Assembly (NCBI GenBank): GCA_963665325.3
Contig: CAXXWS020000003.1
Coordinates: 352,001 to 416,000, forward strand
Direction of reading: 5' to 3'
DNA: 64,000 nucleotides
Origin: Alphaproteobacteria bacterium
GTDB lineage: Bacteria > Pseudomonadota > Alphaproteobacteria > Bin95
The notes under the pieces are model-generated. The model saw only the letters and a program-made list of their open reading frames with translations. It did not search any database and had not been told where the DNA came from. How positions within the stretch are numbered: the stretch's first letter is position 1; each line of letters opens with the position of its first letter. The translations under genes and the position numbers were made by a program. Below, piece by piece: positions 41,265-51,546 of this stretch.

Positions 41265-42356
41265 ATGAAACGCCGTAAATTCGTTCAAGGCGCCGCGACC
41301 GCAGGTGTCGCCGCCGCCGCCTCGACGCTGGCGGCCCCCGCCATCTCGCAAGGCCTCAAGGAATGGAAGCTGGCCATGTCCTGGCCGCTCAACTCGCCGG
41401 GGTTGGGCACGTCGGGGCAACGGGTCGCCCAGCGCATCACGCAACTCTCCGGCGGCAAGATTTCCGTCAAGGTCTATGGCGGCGGCGAGCTGGTGCCGGC
41501 GTTCGGCGTGTTTGACGCTGTGAGCGCCGGAGACGCCGACATGTATCATTCGGCGGAGTACTACTACCAAGGCAAGCACAAGGGCTTCAACTTCTTCACC
41601 GCCGTTCCTTACGGACTGACCGGCATCGAGCACGCCGCCTGGATGAAATATGGCGGCGGGCAGGAGCTCTGGGACGAGCTTGCCGGCGGGTTCAACCTCA
41701 AGGGCTTCCAAGGCTCCAGCACCGGCACGCAGATGGGCGGCTGGTACCGCAAGCCGATCGAGAAGCTCGACGACTTCAAGGGCCTGAAGTTCCGCATGCC
41801 GGGTATCGGCGGCGAGGTGCTGCGTGCTCTCGGCGTCACGGTCGTCAACCTGCCGGTGGCGGAGATCTACCCGTCGCTCGCATCCGGCGCCATTGACGCC
41901 GCCGAATGGGTCGGCCCCTGGCACGACCTCGCCTTCGGCTTCCACAAGATCACCAAGCACTACTACTATCCGGGCTTCCACGAGCCGGGCACCTCCGCCA
42001 GCCTCGCGATGAACAAGACGCTGTGGGACAGCCTGAACGCAGAAGAACAGGCCCTGGTGACGACGGTGATCGAGGCGGAAGCCTATATCCAGTTCGCCGA
42101 GTTCAACGCGCGCAACCTGGGGTCGCTGAACGTGCTGCTGAACAAGCACGGCGTGCAGCTGCACCAGTATCCGGAGGACATGCTGATCGCCATCGGCAAT
42201 GTCGCCGGCGAGGTCGTGCGCGAGATCGGCAACACCGACGACATGACCAAGCGCATCTATGACAGCTTTATCGCCTATCGCAAGCAGGCCATCGACTGGG
42301 CCAAGATCGGCGAGCAGGGCTACATGAACGCGCGGCTCCTGCCGTTCAACTACTGA
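41265..42356 (+). CDS. TRAP transporter substrate-binding protein (TakP-like), Tat signal
   Basis: MKRRKFV twin-arginine, GTQMGGW, GLKFRMPG, EWVGP, YYYPGFHEP. Confidence 0.93.
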   Translation: MKRRKFVQGAATAGVAAAASTLAAPAISQGLKEWKLAMSWPLNSPGLGTSGQRVAQRITQLSGGKISVKVYGGGELVPAFGVFDAVSAGDADMYHSAEYYYQGKHKGFNFFTAVPYGLTGIEHAAWMKYGGGQELWDELAGGFNLKGFQGSSTGTQMGGWYRKPIEKLDDFKGLKFRMPGIGGEVLRALGVTVVNLPVAEIYPSLASGAIDAAEWVGPWHDLAFGFHKITKHYYYPGFHEPGTSASLAMNKTLWDSLNAEEQALVTTVIEAEAYIQFAEFNARNLGSLNVLLNKHGVQLHQYPEDMLIAIGNVAGEVVREIGNTDDMTKRIYDSFIAYRKQAIDWAKIGEQGYMNARLLPFNY

Positions 42357-42489
42357 TAAGGCGCCGCGCGGCCCACAAGGCCGTCATGCGCCGGGCGAGA
42401 CGCCCGCGCCACACCGGGCGCGGGCTCTCTGCCCTTGCCTTGGGGTCGTGTCCGGCCCTGTTGGACCGGGAAGCGAAGATTGCAAACGC

Positions 42490-42583
42490 CGTCACCCCGG
42501 CCCCCGAGCCGGGGTCCATCTCCCGACCTTTCCGCCGGGTTGCGGCGGCGGGGCTGGGTCCCGGCTCGGGGGCCGGGGTGACG
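42490..42583. repeat. REP/RIME-like palindromic element
   Basis: CGTCACCCCGGCCCCCGAGCCGGGGTCCA ... TGGGTCCCGGCTCGGGGGCCGGGGTGACG, ~24-bp perfect terminal inverted repeat. Confidence 0.8.
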
Positions 42584-42646
42584 ATTGCGGACCTGGCCGG
42601 CCATACGGTCCCGTCCGCAAGGACACCGCCCTGAAGCCAGCGGAGA

Positions 42647-43201
42647 ATGCCGGTGAACGCACTGAAGCCACTCGTTCGGGCGATCGACACCGCGAACGAG
42701 CATCTGGGCCGGATCGTGTCCTGGTTCGCCCTCCTCCTGGTGCTGATGCAGTTCGCCGTCGTACTGCTGCGCTATGTGTTCGGGCTCGGTTTCATCCCGA
42801 TGCAGGAATCCGTGCTCTTCATGCACTCCATCCTGTTCCTGGTCGGCGCCGGCTACACGCTGCTGCATGACGGCCATGTCCGCGTCGATATCTTCTACGG
42901 ATCGGCCACGGCGGAGCGCAAGGCGCTGATCGACTGCATCGGCGTGCTCGTCTTCCTGTGGCCGCTCTGCGCCGTGATGACCTGGAAGGGCCTGACCTTT
43001 GTCGGCGCGTCGGTGCGCGTGCTGGAAGGCTCGCCGGAAGGCACCTTCATGCCGTTCTGGCTGCTGAAGTCGCTGCTGCTCGTCTTTCCGCTGGTGCTGT
43101 CGTTCCAGGGCCTTTCCATGCTCCTGCATTCGGTCTTCGTCATGCGCGGGTTGGAGACCCCGGCGGAGCCGGTTCCGGAAGAGCGGGGGCCCGGCGTATG
43201 A
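42647..43201 (+). CDS. TRAP small permease (DctQ)
   Basis: VVLLRYVF, GYTLLHDGHVRVDIFY, 4 TM. Confidence 0.92.
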   Translation: MPVNALKPLVRAIDTANEHLGRIVSWFALLLVLMQFAVVLLRYVFGLGFIPMQESVLFMHSILFLVGAGYTLLHDGHVRVDIFYGSATAERKALIDCIGVLVFLWPLCAVMTWKGLTFVGASVRVLEGSPEGTFMPFWLLKSLLLVFPLVLSFQGLSMLLHSVFVMRGLETPAEPVPEERGPGV

Positions 43202-44784
43202 CGATCAACGAATATCTCGTCTGCCTCATGTTCGTCAGCGTCTGCGGCGTGTTGATGGCCGGGTTCCCGGTCGCCTTCACCCTCGCGGGCGTGGCGCTCC
43301 TCTTCGCCGGCATCAGCGCGCTGCTCGGCGCGTTCGACCCGGCCTTCCTCGGCATCTTCCCCAACCGCGTGTTCGGCAACGCCATGATCAGCGAGATCCT
43401 GGTCGCGGTGCCGCTGTTCGTCTTCATGGGCATCATGCTGGAGCGCTCCAAGGTCGCGGAGGAGCTGCTCGACACCATGGGCATGCTGTTCGGCGCGATG
43501 CGCGGCGGGCTCGGCATTTCGGTCTGCGTCGTCGGCGCGCTGCTGGCCGCCTCGACCGGCATTGTCGGCGCGACCGTGGTGACCATGGGCCTGCTCTCGC
43601 TGCCCACGATGCTCCGGCGCGGCTACAGCGCCTCGCTCGCCTGCGGGACGATCTGCGCCTCGGGCACGCTCGGCCAGATCATCCCCCCCTCGCTCGTCCT
43701 CGTCGTGCTGGGCGACCAGATTTCGGACGCCTACCAGGAAGCGCAGCGCAAGCTCGGCAATTTCGCGCCGGACCCGGTGTCGGTCGGCGACCTGTTCGCG
43801 GGGGCCCTGCTTCCCGGCCTGGCACTGGTCGGCATGTACATCCTCTATCAGATATTCATCGCCTGGCTGAGGCCCGAATCCTCCCCGCCGATTCCGCGCG
43901 ACGAGCTGGTGCAGGGCCGGACGAACCGCGAAATCGCCAAGCAGGTCGCCCGCGCCATGGTCGCCCCCGTGGTGCTGATCGTTGCGGTGCTGGGCTCGAT
44001 CCTCGCCGGCATCGCAACGCCGACGGAAGCCGCCGCGGTCGGCGCGATCGGCGCGACGCTCCTCGGTGGCCTCAGGCTGGACCCGGACAAGGGCCTTCCG
44101 ATCTATGCCGCCGCCATCGGCCTTGTGTTCGTGCTCATCCTGACCGGCTTCATGGACTTGCGGGTCTCGCGCGACGACATTCCCGCGTGGGACGGGGTCG
44201 GAATCGCCGCCGCCGTGCTCTGCTGCACCGCGCTGGCATGGGGCATCTGGGTCAGCCTCGCCCGCGTTTATGGCAGCGGCGGCCTGCACGAGGTCATGCG
44301 CAGCACGACGCGCGTCAGCGCCATGGTGTTCGGCATCGTCATCGGCGCACAGCTGTTCTCTTCCGTCTTCCGCGGGCTCGGCGGCGACGATCTCGTGCAC
44401 GGCTTCCTGACCTCCCTGCCCGGCGGGGCGGTGGGCGCCATGTTCTTCGTCATGGCGCTGATGTTCCTTCTGGGCTTCGTGCTCGACTTCATCGAGATCA
44501 CCTTCGTCGTCGTGCCCATCGTGGCGCCGATCCTGCTGCTGATGGACCTGAACCCGGTCTGGCTCGGAATCATGATCGCCCTCAACCTGCAGACATCGTT
44601 CCTGACGCCGCCCTTCGGCTTCGCGCTCTTCTATCTGCGGGGAGTCGCGCCGCCCGAGGTGACGACGGTCCAGATCTACAGGGGCGTTGCGCCCTTCGTC
44701 GCCATCCAGGTCCTGGCGCTGGGTGTGGTCGCCGCCTTTCCGGAACTCACCACCTGGCTGCCCAGGATCGTTTTCGGCTCCTGA
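43198..44784 (+). CDS. TRAP large permease (DctM)
   Basis: GFPVAFTL, AVPLFVFMG, GTLGQIIPPS, TPTEAA, LTPPFGFALFY. Confidence 0.94.
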   Translation: MTINEYLVCLMFVSVCGVLMAGFPVAFTLAGVALLFAGISALLGAFDPAFLGIFPNRVFGNAMISEILVAVPLFVFMGIMLERSKVAEELLDTMGMLFGAMRGGLGISVCVVGALLAASTGIVGATVVTMGLLSLPTMLRRGYSASLACGTICASGTLGQIIPPSLVLVVLGDQISDAYQEAQRKLGNFAPDPVSVGDLFAGALLPGLALVGMYILYQIFIAWLRPESSPPIPRDELVQGRTNREIAKQVARAMVAPVVLIVAVLGSILAGIATPTEAAAVGAIGATLLGGLRLDPDKGLPIYAAAIGLVFVLILTGFMDLRVSRDDIPAWDGVGIAAAVLCCTALAWGIWVSLARVYGSGGLHEVMRSTTRVSAMVFGIVIGAQLFSSVFRGLGGDDLVHGFLTSLPGGAVGAMFFVMALMFLLGFVLDFIEITFVVVPIVAPILLLMDLNPVWLGIMIALNLQTSFLTPPFGFALFYLRGVAPPEVTTVQIYRGVAPFVAIQVLALGVVAAFPELTTWLPRIVFGS

Positions 44785-44806
44785 CCCTTTGGGACGACCC
44801 TTCATG

Positions 44807-44843
44807 CTCCCCTCCCGCCCGGCGGGAGGGGTTGGGGGAGGGC
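44807..44843. repeat. REP-like hairpin (CCCCTCCCGCC-C-GGCGGGAGGGG ... GGGGGAGGGC)
   Basis: 11-bp stem plus G-rich tail, resembling one arm of alphaproteobacterial REP elements. Confidence 0.6.
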
Positions 44844-45190
44844 CTCTCGTTGGGCTTCGCGCGCCACTTCCGCTGACGCTGGGCGCGTCGGAGGGTTCCG
44901 GGGCGATTGCCTCTTCGACGCCGAGCTGGGGCGTATGGAGCTGGGGCGCGGGACTTGCGGTGTCGTGCGGGACGAGTGAGTCGGACTACGGCGTGGGCAG
45001 CTGCGGCCCATCCCGGACGGGAACGCGCCGCGGGCGTATCTCGGCGTGTAGGTCTCAGGTGAGCGCTGCGAGGGCGGCGCGGCCGGCCCCGAGCACAGTG
45101 TGCGGCTCGATCTCAGGCTCTGGTTTATAATGGTGCCGTCGCGCGCAACGCGGCACTCTTGGGAAGTGAGCCAATGACGGGAGCGGCGCG

Positions 45191-45901
45191 ATGAAGATCG
45201 AGGAGCGGATCGAGGGCGCGGCGGTCGTCATTTCCCCGGCCGGGCGGCTGGACGCGGCCGGCGCGTCCGTTCTGGAAGCCAGGATCGCCGCCGTCGCGAA
45301 GGCCGCCCCCGGCCGCCTGGTGCTGGATTGCCGTGAGGTCGCCTATATCAGCAGCGCCGGGCTCAGGGCACTGCTGCTCGGCGCCAGGGCATGCCTCCAG
45401 ATCGGCTGCGAGTTCTCCGTCGCGGCGCTCAGGCCCGACTGCCGGTCAATCCTGGACGCGACCGGCCTGCTGATGGTGCTCGACTGCCCCGGGACCGTCG
45501 AGGCCGCGCTTGCCGCTCCCGCCGCAGAAAGCTCCCGGGAGGCGGAGCCGGAAGACGGGCGCGGGTTTGCCATTGCGGAACGGCAATTGGAACGGGTGGT
45601 CCTGCTCACGCTGGACGGGCGGCTGGAAGGCAGAAACGCGCCGATACTGACCGAGAGAGTCTTCGCAGCCGTCGGACGCGGCAACGCCCGTGTCGTGCTG
45701 GACTGCGAGGGCATGGGCTATGTGGACAGCAGCGGGATGCGCGCCCTGCTGGTTTCGGCAAAGCTGTGCAACGAGAAGGGCGGGCGGATGGTGCTCGCCG
45801 CCCTCCTGCCGGAATGCCGGTCGATCATCGACATGGGCGGCTTCACCTCCGTCATCGACTATTTCGAAACCCGCGAAGCGGCGCTGACGGCGCTCGCCTG
45901 A
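45191..45901 (+). CDS. tandem STAS-domain anti-sigma factor antagonist
   Basis: Two copies: GRLD...LDC..VAYISSAGLR and GRLE...LDC..MGYVDSSGMR; TATAAT at 45126. Confidence 0.88.
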   Translation: MKIEERIEGAAVVISPAGRLDAAGASVLEARIAAVAKAAPGRLVLDCREVAYISSAGLRALLLGARACLQIGCEFSVAALRPDCRSILDATGLLMVLDCPGTVEAALAAPAAESSREAEPEDGRGFAIAERQLERVVLLTLDGRLEGRNAPILTERVFAAVGRGNARVVLDCEGMGYVDSSGMRALLVSAKLCNEKGGRMVLAALLPECRSIIDMGGFTSVIDYFETREAALTALA

Positions 45902-45940
45902 GGCGGGCGAGGGCGGGCAGCCCTGGCGGGCGCGCCTCCT

Positions 45941-46050
45941 CCCCTCATCCTGAGTAGCGACTGCGCCGGCGGGTGCGTATCGAAGGACCGTCCCGCCGCC
46001 GGAAACGCCTCCCTCGATACGCGGCTGGCGCCGCTACTCGGGATGAGGGG
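45941..46050. repeat. RIME-like palindromic element between convergent genes
   Basis: CCCCTCATCCTGAGTAGCG ... GCGTATCGA ... TCGATACGC ... CGCTACTCGGGATGAGGGG. Confidence 0.8.
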
Positions 46051-46146
46051 GAAGAGGACCGGGCCGAAGGCAGGGGCTACCCCTGCTATCGGTTCCGATC
46101 GACCGTCGCCGGTATCAGCCGGCTGTGAACGGATACCCGCGCCGGG

Positions 46147-48474
46147 CTACCGCGCCGCCGCCCGGATTGCCCTCCAGAGGCGCTCCGGGGTGGCGGGCAT
46201 CGGCAGGTCGGTTATGCCGAGCGGCGCGAGCGCGTCGAGCAGCGCGCCGGTGAGGCACGCGACCGCGCCGACGGTGCCGGCTTCGCCCGCGCCCTTGACG
46301 CCGAGCGGATTGCGGGGGCTGGGCACGCCGTCGATATCGATCTCGAAGAACGGCGTCCCGTCCGCTCTCGGCATGGCGTAGTCCATGAAGGAGCCGCTCA
46401 ACACCTGGCCGTGCCCGTCCCAGCGCATTTCCTCGAGGACGACCTGGCCCGCGCCGTGAACGATCCCTCCATGCAACTGCCCGTTGAGGAGAAGCGGGTT
46501 GAGAACCGTGCCGACATCCTCGACCGCGACATAGCGCAGGATGCGGACCGCCCCGGTCTCGGGATCGACCTCGACCTCGGCAGCATGGCAGGCGTTCGGG
46601 AAGGTCGGCGCCGGCGGGCGGAACATCGCGAAACCTGAGAGGCCGCTGTCCATGCCGGGCGGCAGCGAGGCCGGCTGGAACGCAAGGCCGGCAACCTCGC
46701 GGATATCGAGCGCCCGGTCGGTTCCGGCGACAACGAACCGGCCGGCTGCGAACTCGATGTCGTCTTCCGCCGCCTCAAGCGCATGGGCGGCGATCGCGCG
46801 CCCCTTGGCGACGATCTTTTCCACCGCGCCCAGGAGCGCGCTGCCGCCGAGGCCCGACACCCGCGACCCGCCGGTGCCGTGGCCGTAGGCCACCATGTCG
46901 GTATCGCCCTGGACGTAGCGGATGGACTCGAATTCGAGCCCGAAGCGCTCCGAAACCAACTGCCTGAACACCGTTTCGTGGCCTTGGCCGTGGGAGTGGG
47001 TGCCCATCAGCACGGTCGCATTGCCCTCGCGGTCGAAGCGGATTTCCCCGCCTTCGTCGGCGCCACCGGCGGATTGCTCCACGGTGTTGGCGATCCCGAG
47101 GCCGCGCAGCCGGCCCGACGCCGCCGCCTTCCTGCGGCGCGCCTCGAAGCCCCGGGCGTCCGCGATGGCCAGCGCCCGGTCCATATTGCGTTCGAACTCG
47201 CCGCAATCGTATTCGTAGGCGAGCGGCGTCCGGTAGGGCATCGCGCCCGGCGGGATCGTGTTCCGGCGGCGCAGTTCCACCCGGTCGATCCCCGTTTCGC
47301 GCGCCGCCTTGTCCACGATCTGCTCGATCAGCGACGTCGCCTCGGGGCGCCCGGCCCCGCGGCACGGGCCCGTCGGGCCGGTATTGGTGAACACGCCGGT
47401 GACCCGGGCATGGATGGCGGGCGTGGTATAGACCCCGGCCACGCCTGAGAGATTGCCGAAGGCCGGGTGCGGGCCGTAATTGGCGAGATAGGCGCCCATA
47501 TTCGCCGTGACGCGCACACGCAGGCCGAGGAACCGGCCGTCCGCGTCGAGCGCGAGTTCCCCGCTCATGACGAAATCCCGGGCCTGTTCCTCGAGGATGC
47601 CGTCGGAGCGCTCGTTCACCCATTTGACGGGACGCCCCAGCTGCCGCGCCGCCCAGAGCACCAGCGCCATCTCGGGGAAGACGGAGGACCGCAATCCGAA
47701 GGACCCGCCCATGTCGGGGCTCACGATCCGGACCCGGCTTTCCGGGACGCCGAGGACCGATTGCGCCAGCCACCCCCGCATGTCATGGGGGAACTGGTTG
47801 CCGGAATAGAGCGTGTAGCGGTCCTCGAAGGCGTTGTATTCGCCGAGCGCGGCGCGCGGCTCCATCGGGTTGATGGCGACGCGGTGCATGGGAAGCTCGA
47901 TGCGGGTGACATGATGAGCGCCGGCGAAGGCCCTGTCGGTCGCCGCCTCGTCGCCCATTTCGACGGCGAAACAGATATTGTCGGGACAGTCCTCCCACAC
48001 CGGCGGCGCGCCTTCCGCCAGGGCGGACAGCGTATCGGCGTTGGCCGGCAGTGGTTCGTATTCGACCTCGATCAGCTCCGCCGCATCGCGCGCACGGTCC
48101 CGCGTATCCGCGACTACGAACGCAACATAGTCGCCGACAAAGGCGACCTTGTCGCGAACCAGGGCGGGGCGCGGAGGCTGGAAGATCGGTTCGCCGTCCG
48201 GCCGCTTGAGTATTCCGGCGTCGACAATGAAACTCGGCATGCCGCCGAGGCCGGCGGCGGCGATGTCCTCGCCGGTGAAGACCGCCAGCACGCCTGGCGC
48301 CCGCCGCGCGGCCTCCGCGTCGATAGACAGGATCCGGGCATGCGCCCGGGGGGTGCGCAGGAGCCACGACCAGGCCTGGCCGGGCAGGTCGATATCGCCG
48401 GTGTAGCGTCCGCCGCCGCAAAGGAACCGCTTGTCTTCCTCGCGCGGCGCCGGTTGTCCGAGTCCGAATTTCAC
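46147..48474 (-). CDS. orphan xanthine-dehydrogenase-family Mo-binding large subunit
   Basis: REED.RFL.G.GRYT.D, MGGSFG, PCRGAGRPE, SHGQG, KGAGEAG. Confidence 0.9.
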   Translation of the reverse strand: MKFGLGQPAPREEDKRFLCGGGRYTGDIDLPGQAWSWLLRTPRAHARILSIDAEAARRAPGVLAVFTGEDIAAAGLGGMPSFIVDAGILKRPDGEPIFQPPRPALVRDKVAFVGDYVAFVVADTRDRARDAAELIEVEYEPLPANADTLSALAEGAPPVWEDCPDNICFAVEMGDEAATDRAFAGAHHVTRIELPMHRVAINPMEPRAALGEYNAFEDRYTLYSGNQFPHDMRGWLAQSVLGVPESRVRIVSPDMGGSFGLRSSVFPEMALVLWAARQLGRPVKWVNERSDGILEEQARDFVMSGELALDADGRFLGLRVRVTANMGAYLANYGPHPAFGNLSGVAGVYTTPAIHARVTGVFTNTGPTGPCRGAGRPEATSLIEQIVDKAARETGIDRVELRRRNTIPPGAMPYRTPLAYEYDCGEFERNMDRALAIADARGFEARRRKAAASGRLRGLGIANTVEQSAGGADEGGEIRFDREGNATVLMGTHSHGQGHETVFRQLVSERFGLEFESIRYVQGDTDMVAYGHGTGGSRVSGLGGSALLGAVEKIVAKGRAIAAHALEAAEDDIEFAAGRFVVAGTDRALDIREVAGLAFQPASLPPGMDSGLSGFAMFRPPAPTFPNACHAAEVEVDPETGAVRILRYVAVEDVGTVLNPLLLNGQLHGGIVHGAGQVVLEEMRWDGHGQVLSGSFMDYAMPRADGTPFFEIDIDGVPSPRNPLGVKGAGEAGTVGAVACLTGALLDALAPLGITDLPMPATPERLWRAIRAAAR

Positions 48475-48601
48475 GTCGTTGCCATCCCCTGGGCAATTCC
48501 AAATAGGTCACCAGCGCCGCGAGGCCGAGGGTCAGGCTGCGGCGCCAGCGCCGCCAGCCACGGAAACAGCCGCGGCGCCCGCCTCACCCGTCAGGGAACC
48601 T

Positions 48602-48973
48602 CTAGGCACCCCGGTCGCCGGCCGGCGAGGAAACCACGACCTCGGCGTCCATGCTGACCGGGACCTGTATGGACAGCCAGGGGCCTTTCGCGACGGTGGT
48701 CGTGTGGCCCTGGCCGGTGTGGTCCTCCATCAGGCAGAGGTCGCCGGGCCTTATTCTCTGGGTCGTGCCGTCGCCGAACCCCAGCTCCGCCTCTCCATGC
48801 ACGGTGATGACGAACTGGCGGCGGGGGCAATTGTGCCAGCCGGGCATCGGCTCCCGGCGAAACACCAGCTCTTCCCCCTCGATCGTGGCGAAGCTGAACG
48901 TGACCGCTCCGCTCATCTCGAACTCTTCGATATGCGACTGCCCGTCGCTGCCGGAATAGACACGGTATTGCAT
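48602..48973 (-). CDS. small cupin-like protein
   Basis: YSGSDGQSH, WHNCPRRQFV, GDL.LMEDHTGQGH. Confidence 0.8.
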   Translation of the reverse strand: MQYRVYSGSDGQSHIEEFEMSGAVTFSFATIEGEELVFRREPMPGWHNCPRRQFVITVHGEAELGFGDGTTQRIRPGDLCLMEDHTGQGHTTTVAKGPWLSIQVPVSMDAEVVVSSPAGDRGA

Positions 48974-49024
48974 GCTGTAGTCCCCACTCGCTGGCAGGCC
49001 GCCCTTTCGCGGCCGAGGTCGACT

Positions 49025-50266
49025 TCAGGCGGCGGCGAACCGCACCGGCACCGTGCGCGGCCCGCGCACCTGGCCGCCGGCCCAGGTGACCGCGTCGGGG
49101 TCGGCGAGCTCGAATTCGCCGATGCGGTCGAACCATGTGCGGAGCGCCACCTGCATTTCCATGCGCGCGAGGTTGGAGCCGGCGCAGCGGTGGATGCCGA
49201 GGCCGAAGGCCATGTGGCGGTTGCGCTCGCGGTCCAGCACCACCTCGTCGGCGCGCTCAAACGCCTCGGGGTCGCGGTTGGCGCCCGGGAAGTTGAGCAG
49301 CACCCGGTCGCCCTCCTGCATCTCTGCCCCGTCGATCTCAACCGGCTCCGTCACGATGCGGCCCATGGTGACGGGCGCGTAGAAGCGCAGCAGCTCTTCC
49401 ACCGCCGTCGGCAACAGCTCCGGCTCGGTGCGGAGCCGCGCCTGGTCCGCCGGGTGGGTCGCAAAATGCAGCAGCGAGGAGGAAATCGCGCTCCAGGTCG
49501 TGTCGATGCCGGCGATGAGCAGCAGCGAGCACATGCCGAGAATCCGGTAGTCGGTCAGCTTCTCGCCCTCGGCTTCCGATGCGATCAGCATGGAGATCGC
49601 GTCGCCGCGCGGCGTCTCGCGCCGCTCGGTCACCATCTCCTGGAAGAAGGCGCGGATGCGGGTGCGGTATTCCACCATCTGCTCGGGCTCGGTCAGGCCG
49701 AACTCCAGCACACCGCGCACCCAGGTGACGAACTCGTCGGCGCGCGCCGGGTCTATGCCGAGGATATGCGCGATGACGCGCGGCGTGATCTGCTCCGCAT
49801 AGTCCGCCGCCGCGTCCGCCCTGCCCTCCCCGATAAAGCCGTCGATCAGGCCGTTGCAGAGGTCCCGCGTGTAGGGGATGTGCTTCTCGACCGCGTGGGG
49901 GCTGAACAGCGGCATGATGATGCGCCGGTAGGGCCGGTGGCGCGGCGGGTCGGAGGTAATGGGCGGCGTGCGGCTGGTCTCGCCGTGCTTCTCCGTCTCC
50001 GCCTCCAGGATCTCGATCATCTCGGGCGAGGGCGGCACAACCAGCGGCGAGGCGGAAGAAAGCACCGGCACCATTTTCACCATCTTTTGCAGGTGTTCGT
50101 AGCGGGTCGGCAGCCAGGAGCCGCCCCAGCGCTCCGTATGAGCGATCGGGCAGCGCTCGCGCAGTTCCTTCCACACCGGCGCCGGGTCGCGCACATAGTC
50201 CGGGTCGAAAATGTCGTAGTCGCTGGCCCAATCATGGACCGGGCAACGGGCGGGGCTGTCGGTCAT
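49025..50266 (-). CDS. cytochrome P450 (CYP194-like), copy 2
   Basis: AGIDTT I-helix, EELLR, FGLGIHRCAG heme Cys. Confidence 0.95.
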   Translation of the reverse strand: MTDSPARCPVHDWASDYDIFDPDYVRDPAPVWKELRERCPIAHTERWGGSWLPTRYEHLQKMVKMVPVLSSASPLVVPPSPEMIEILEAETEKHGETSRTPPITSDPPRHRPYRRIIMPLFSPHAVEKHIPYTRDLCNGLIDGFIGEGRADAAADYAEQITPRVIAHILGIDPARADEFVTWVRGVLEFGLTEPEQMVEYRTRIRAFFQEMVTERRETPRGDAISMLIASEAEGEKLTDYRILGMCSLLLIAGIDTTWSAISSSLLHFATHPADQARLRTEPELLPTAVEELLRFYAPVTMGRIVTEPVEIDGAEMQEGDRVLLNFPGANRDPEAFERADEVVLDRERNRHMAFGLGIHRCAGSNLARMEMQVALRTWFDRIGEFELADPDAVTWAGGQVRGPRTVPVRFAAA

Positions 50267-50296
50267 GCGCGCTCTCCCCCCGGCCTCGCGCCCGCG

Positions 50297-51532
50297 TCAG
50301 GCGGCAGAGAAGCGCACCGGCACCGTGCGGGGCCCGCGCACCTGTCCGCCCGCCCAGGTGACCGCATCCGAGTCCGTCAGCTCGAAGGGGCCAATGCGCT
50401 CGAACCAGGTGCGGAGCGCCACCTGCATCTCCATGCGCGCGAGGTTGGAGCCGGCACATCGGTGGATGCCGAGGCCGAAGGCCATGTGCCGGTTGCGCTT
50501 GCGGTCGAGCTGCACCTCGTCGGGCCGGTCGAAGGCCGCCGGGTCGCGGTTGGCGCCCGGGAAGTTGAGCAGCACCTTGTCGCCGGGCTTCATCTCAACG
50601 CCGCCGAACGCCACCGGCTCCATGACCTTACGCCCCATGGTGACGGGCGAATAGAAGCGCAGCATCTCCTCCACCGCCGGCTGCAGAAGCTCTGGCTCCG
50701 CGCGAAGCCGCGCCTGGTCCTCCGGATGCGTCGCAAAATGCAGCAGCGAAGCGGAGATGGAGCTCCAGGTGGTGTCGATGCCGGCCACAAGCAGCAGGAA
50801 ACAGACGCCGACGACCTTGTAGTCGTCCAGCTTCTCGCCCTCGACCTCGGCCTCGATCAGCGTCGAGATCGCGTCGTCGCCGGGGTTCTTGCGTCGCTCG
50901 GTCACCATTTCCTGGAAGAAGTCGCGGATGATGCCGCGATACTTGATGCGCATTTCCGGCCGCGTCTGGCCGAGTTCCAGAATCCCGCGCACCCAGTCCA
51001 CGAAATCGTCCGCGCGCGCCGGGTCGATGCCCAGCACATGCGCGATGACGCGCGGCGTGATCTGCTGCGCATAGTCGGCCGCCGCGTCGGCCCGCCCCGT
51101 CTCGATGAAGCCGTCGATCAGGCTGTTGCAGAGGTCCTGCGTATAGGGGATGTGGCTCTCAACGGCGCGCGGCGAGAAGAAGGGCAGGATCAGCCGCCGG
51201 AAGGGCTGGTGCTCCGGCGGGTCGGCCGTGATCGGCGGGTTCTCGCTGCCATATTTCTTGGCCTCCGCCACCAGCACCTCGCGCAACTCCGGCGAAGGCG
51301 GCACCACGACCGCGGAGCGCGAGGAGAGCGTCGGCACCATCTTGACCAGCTGTTGCAGATCCTCGTAGCGCGTCGGCATCCAGGAACCACCCCAGCGCTC
51401 CGTGTGCGCCATCGGGCAGCGCTCGCGGAGCTCGTCCCAGACCGGCGCGGGATCGCGCACATAGTCCGGGTCGAAAATGTCGTAGTCGCTCGCCCAATCG
51501 TGGACCGGGCAGGTTTCCGGCGCGTCAGTCAT
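50297..51532 (-). CDS. cytochrome P450 (CYP194-like), copy 1
   Basis: AGIDTT, EEMLR, FGLGIHRCAG; start MTDAPETCP at 51532. Confidence 0.95.
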   Translation of the reverse strand: MTDAPETCPVHDWASDYDIFDPDYVRDPAPVWDELRERCPMAHTERWGGSWMPTRYEDLQQLVKMVPTLSSRSAVVVPPSPELREVLVAEAKKYGSENPPITADPPEHQPFRRLILPFFSPRAVESHIPYTQDLCNSLIDGFIETGRADAAADYAQQITPRVIAHVLGIDPARADDFVDWVRGILELGQTRPEMRIKYRGIIRDFFQEMVTERRKNPGDDAISTLIEAEVEGEKLDDYKVVGVCFLLLVAGIDTTWSSISASLLHFATHPEDQARLRAEPELLQPAVEEMLRFYSPVTMGRKVMEPVAFGGVEMKPGDKVLLNFPGANRDPAAFDRPDEVQLDRKRNRHMAFGLGIHRCAGSNLARMEMQVALRTWFERIGPFELTDSDAVTWAGGQVRGPRTVPVRFSAA

Positions 51533-51546
51533 AGGCGGATCCCCCT

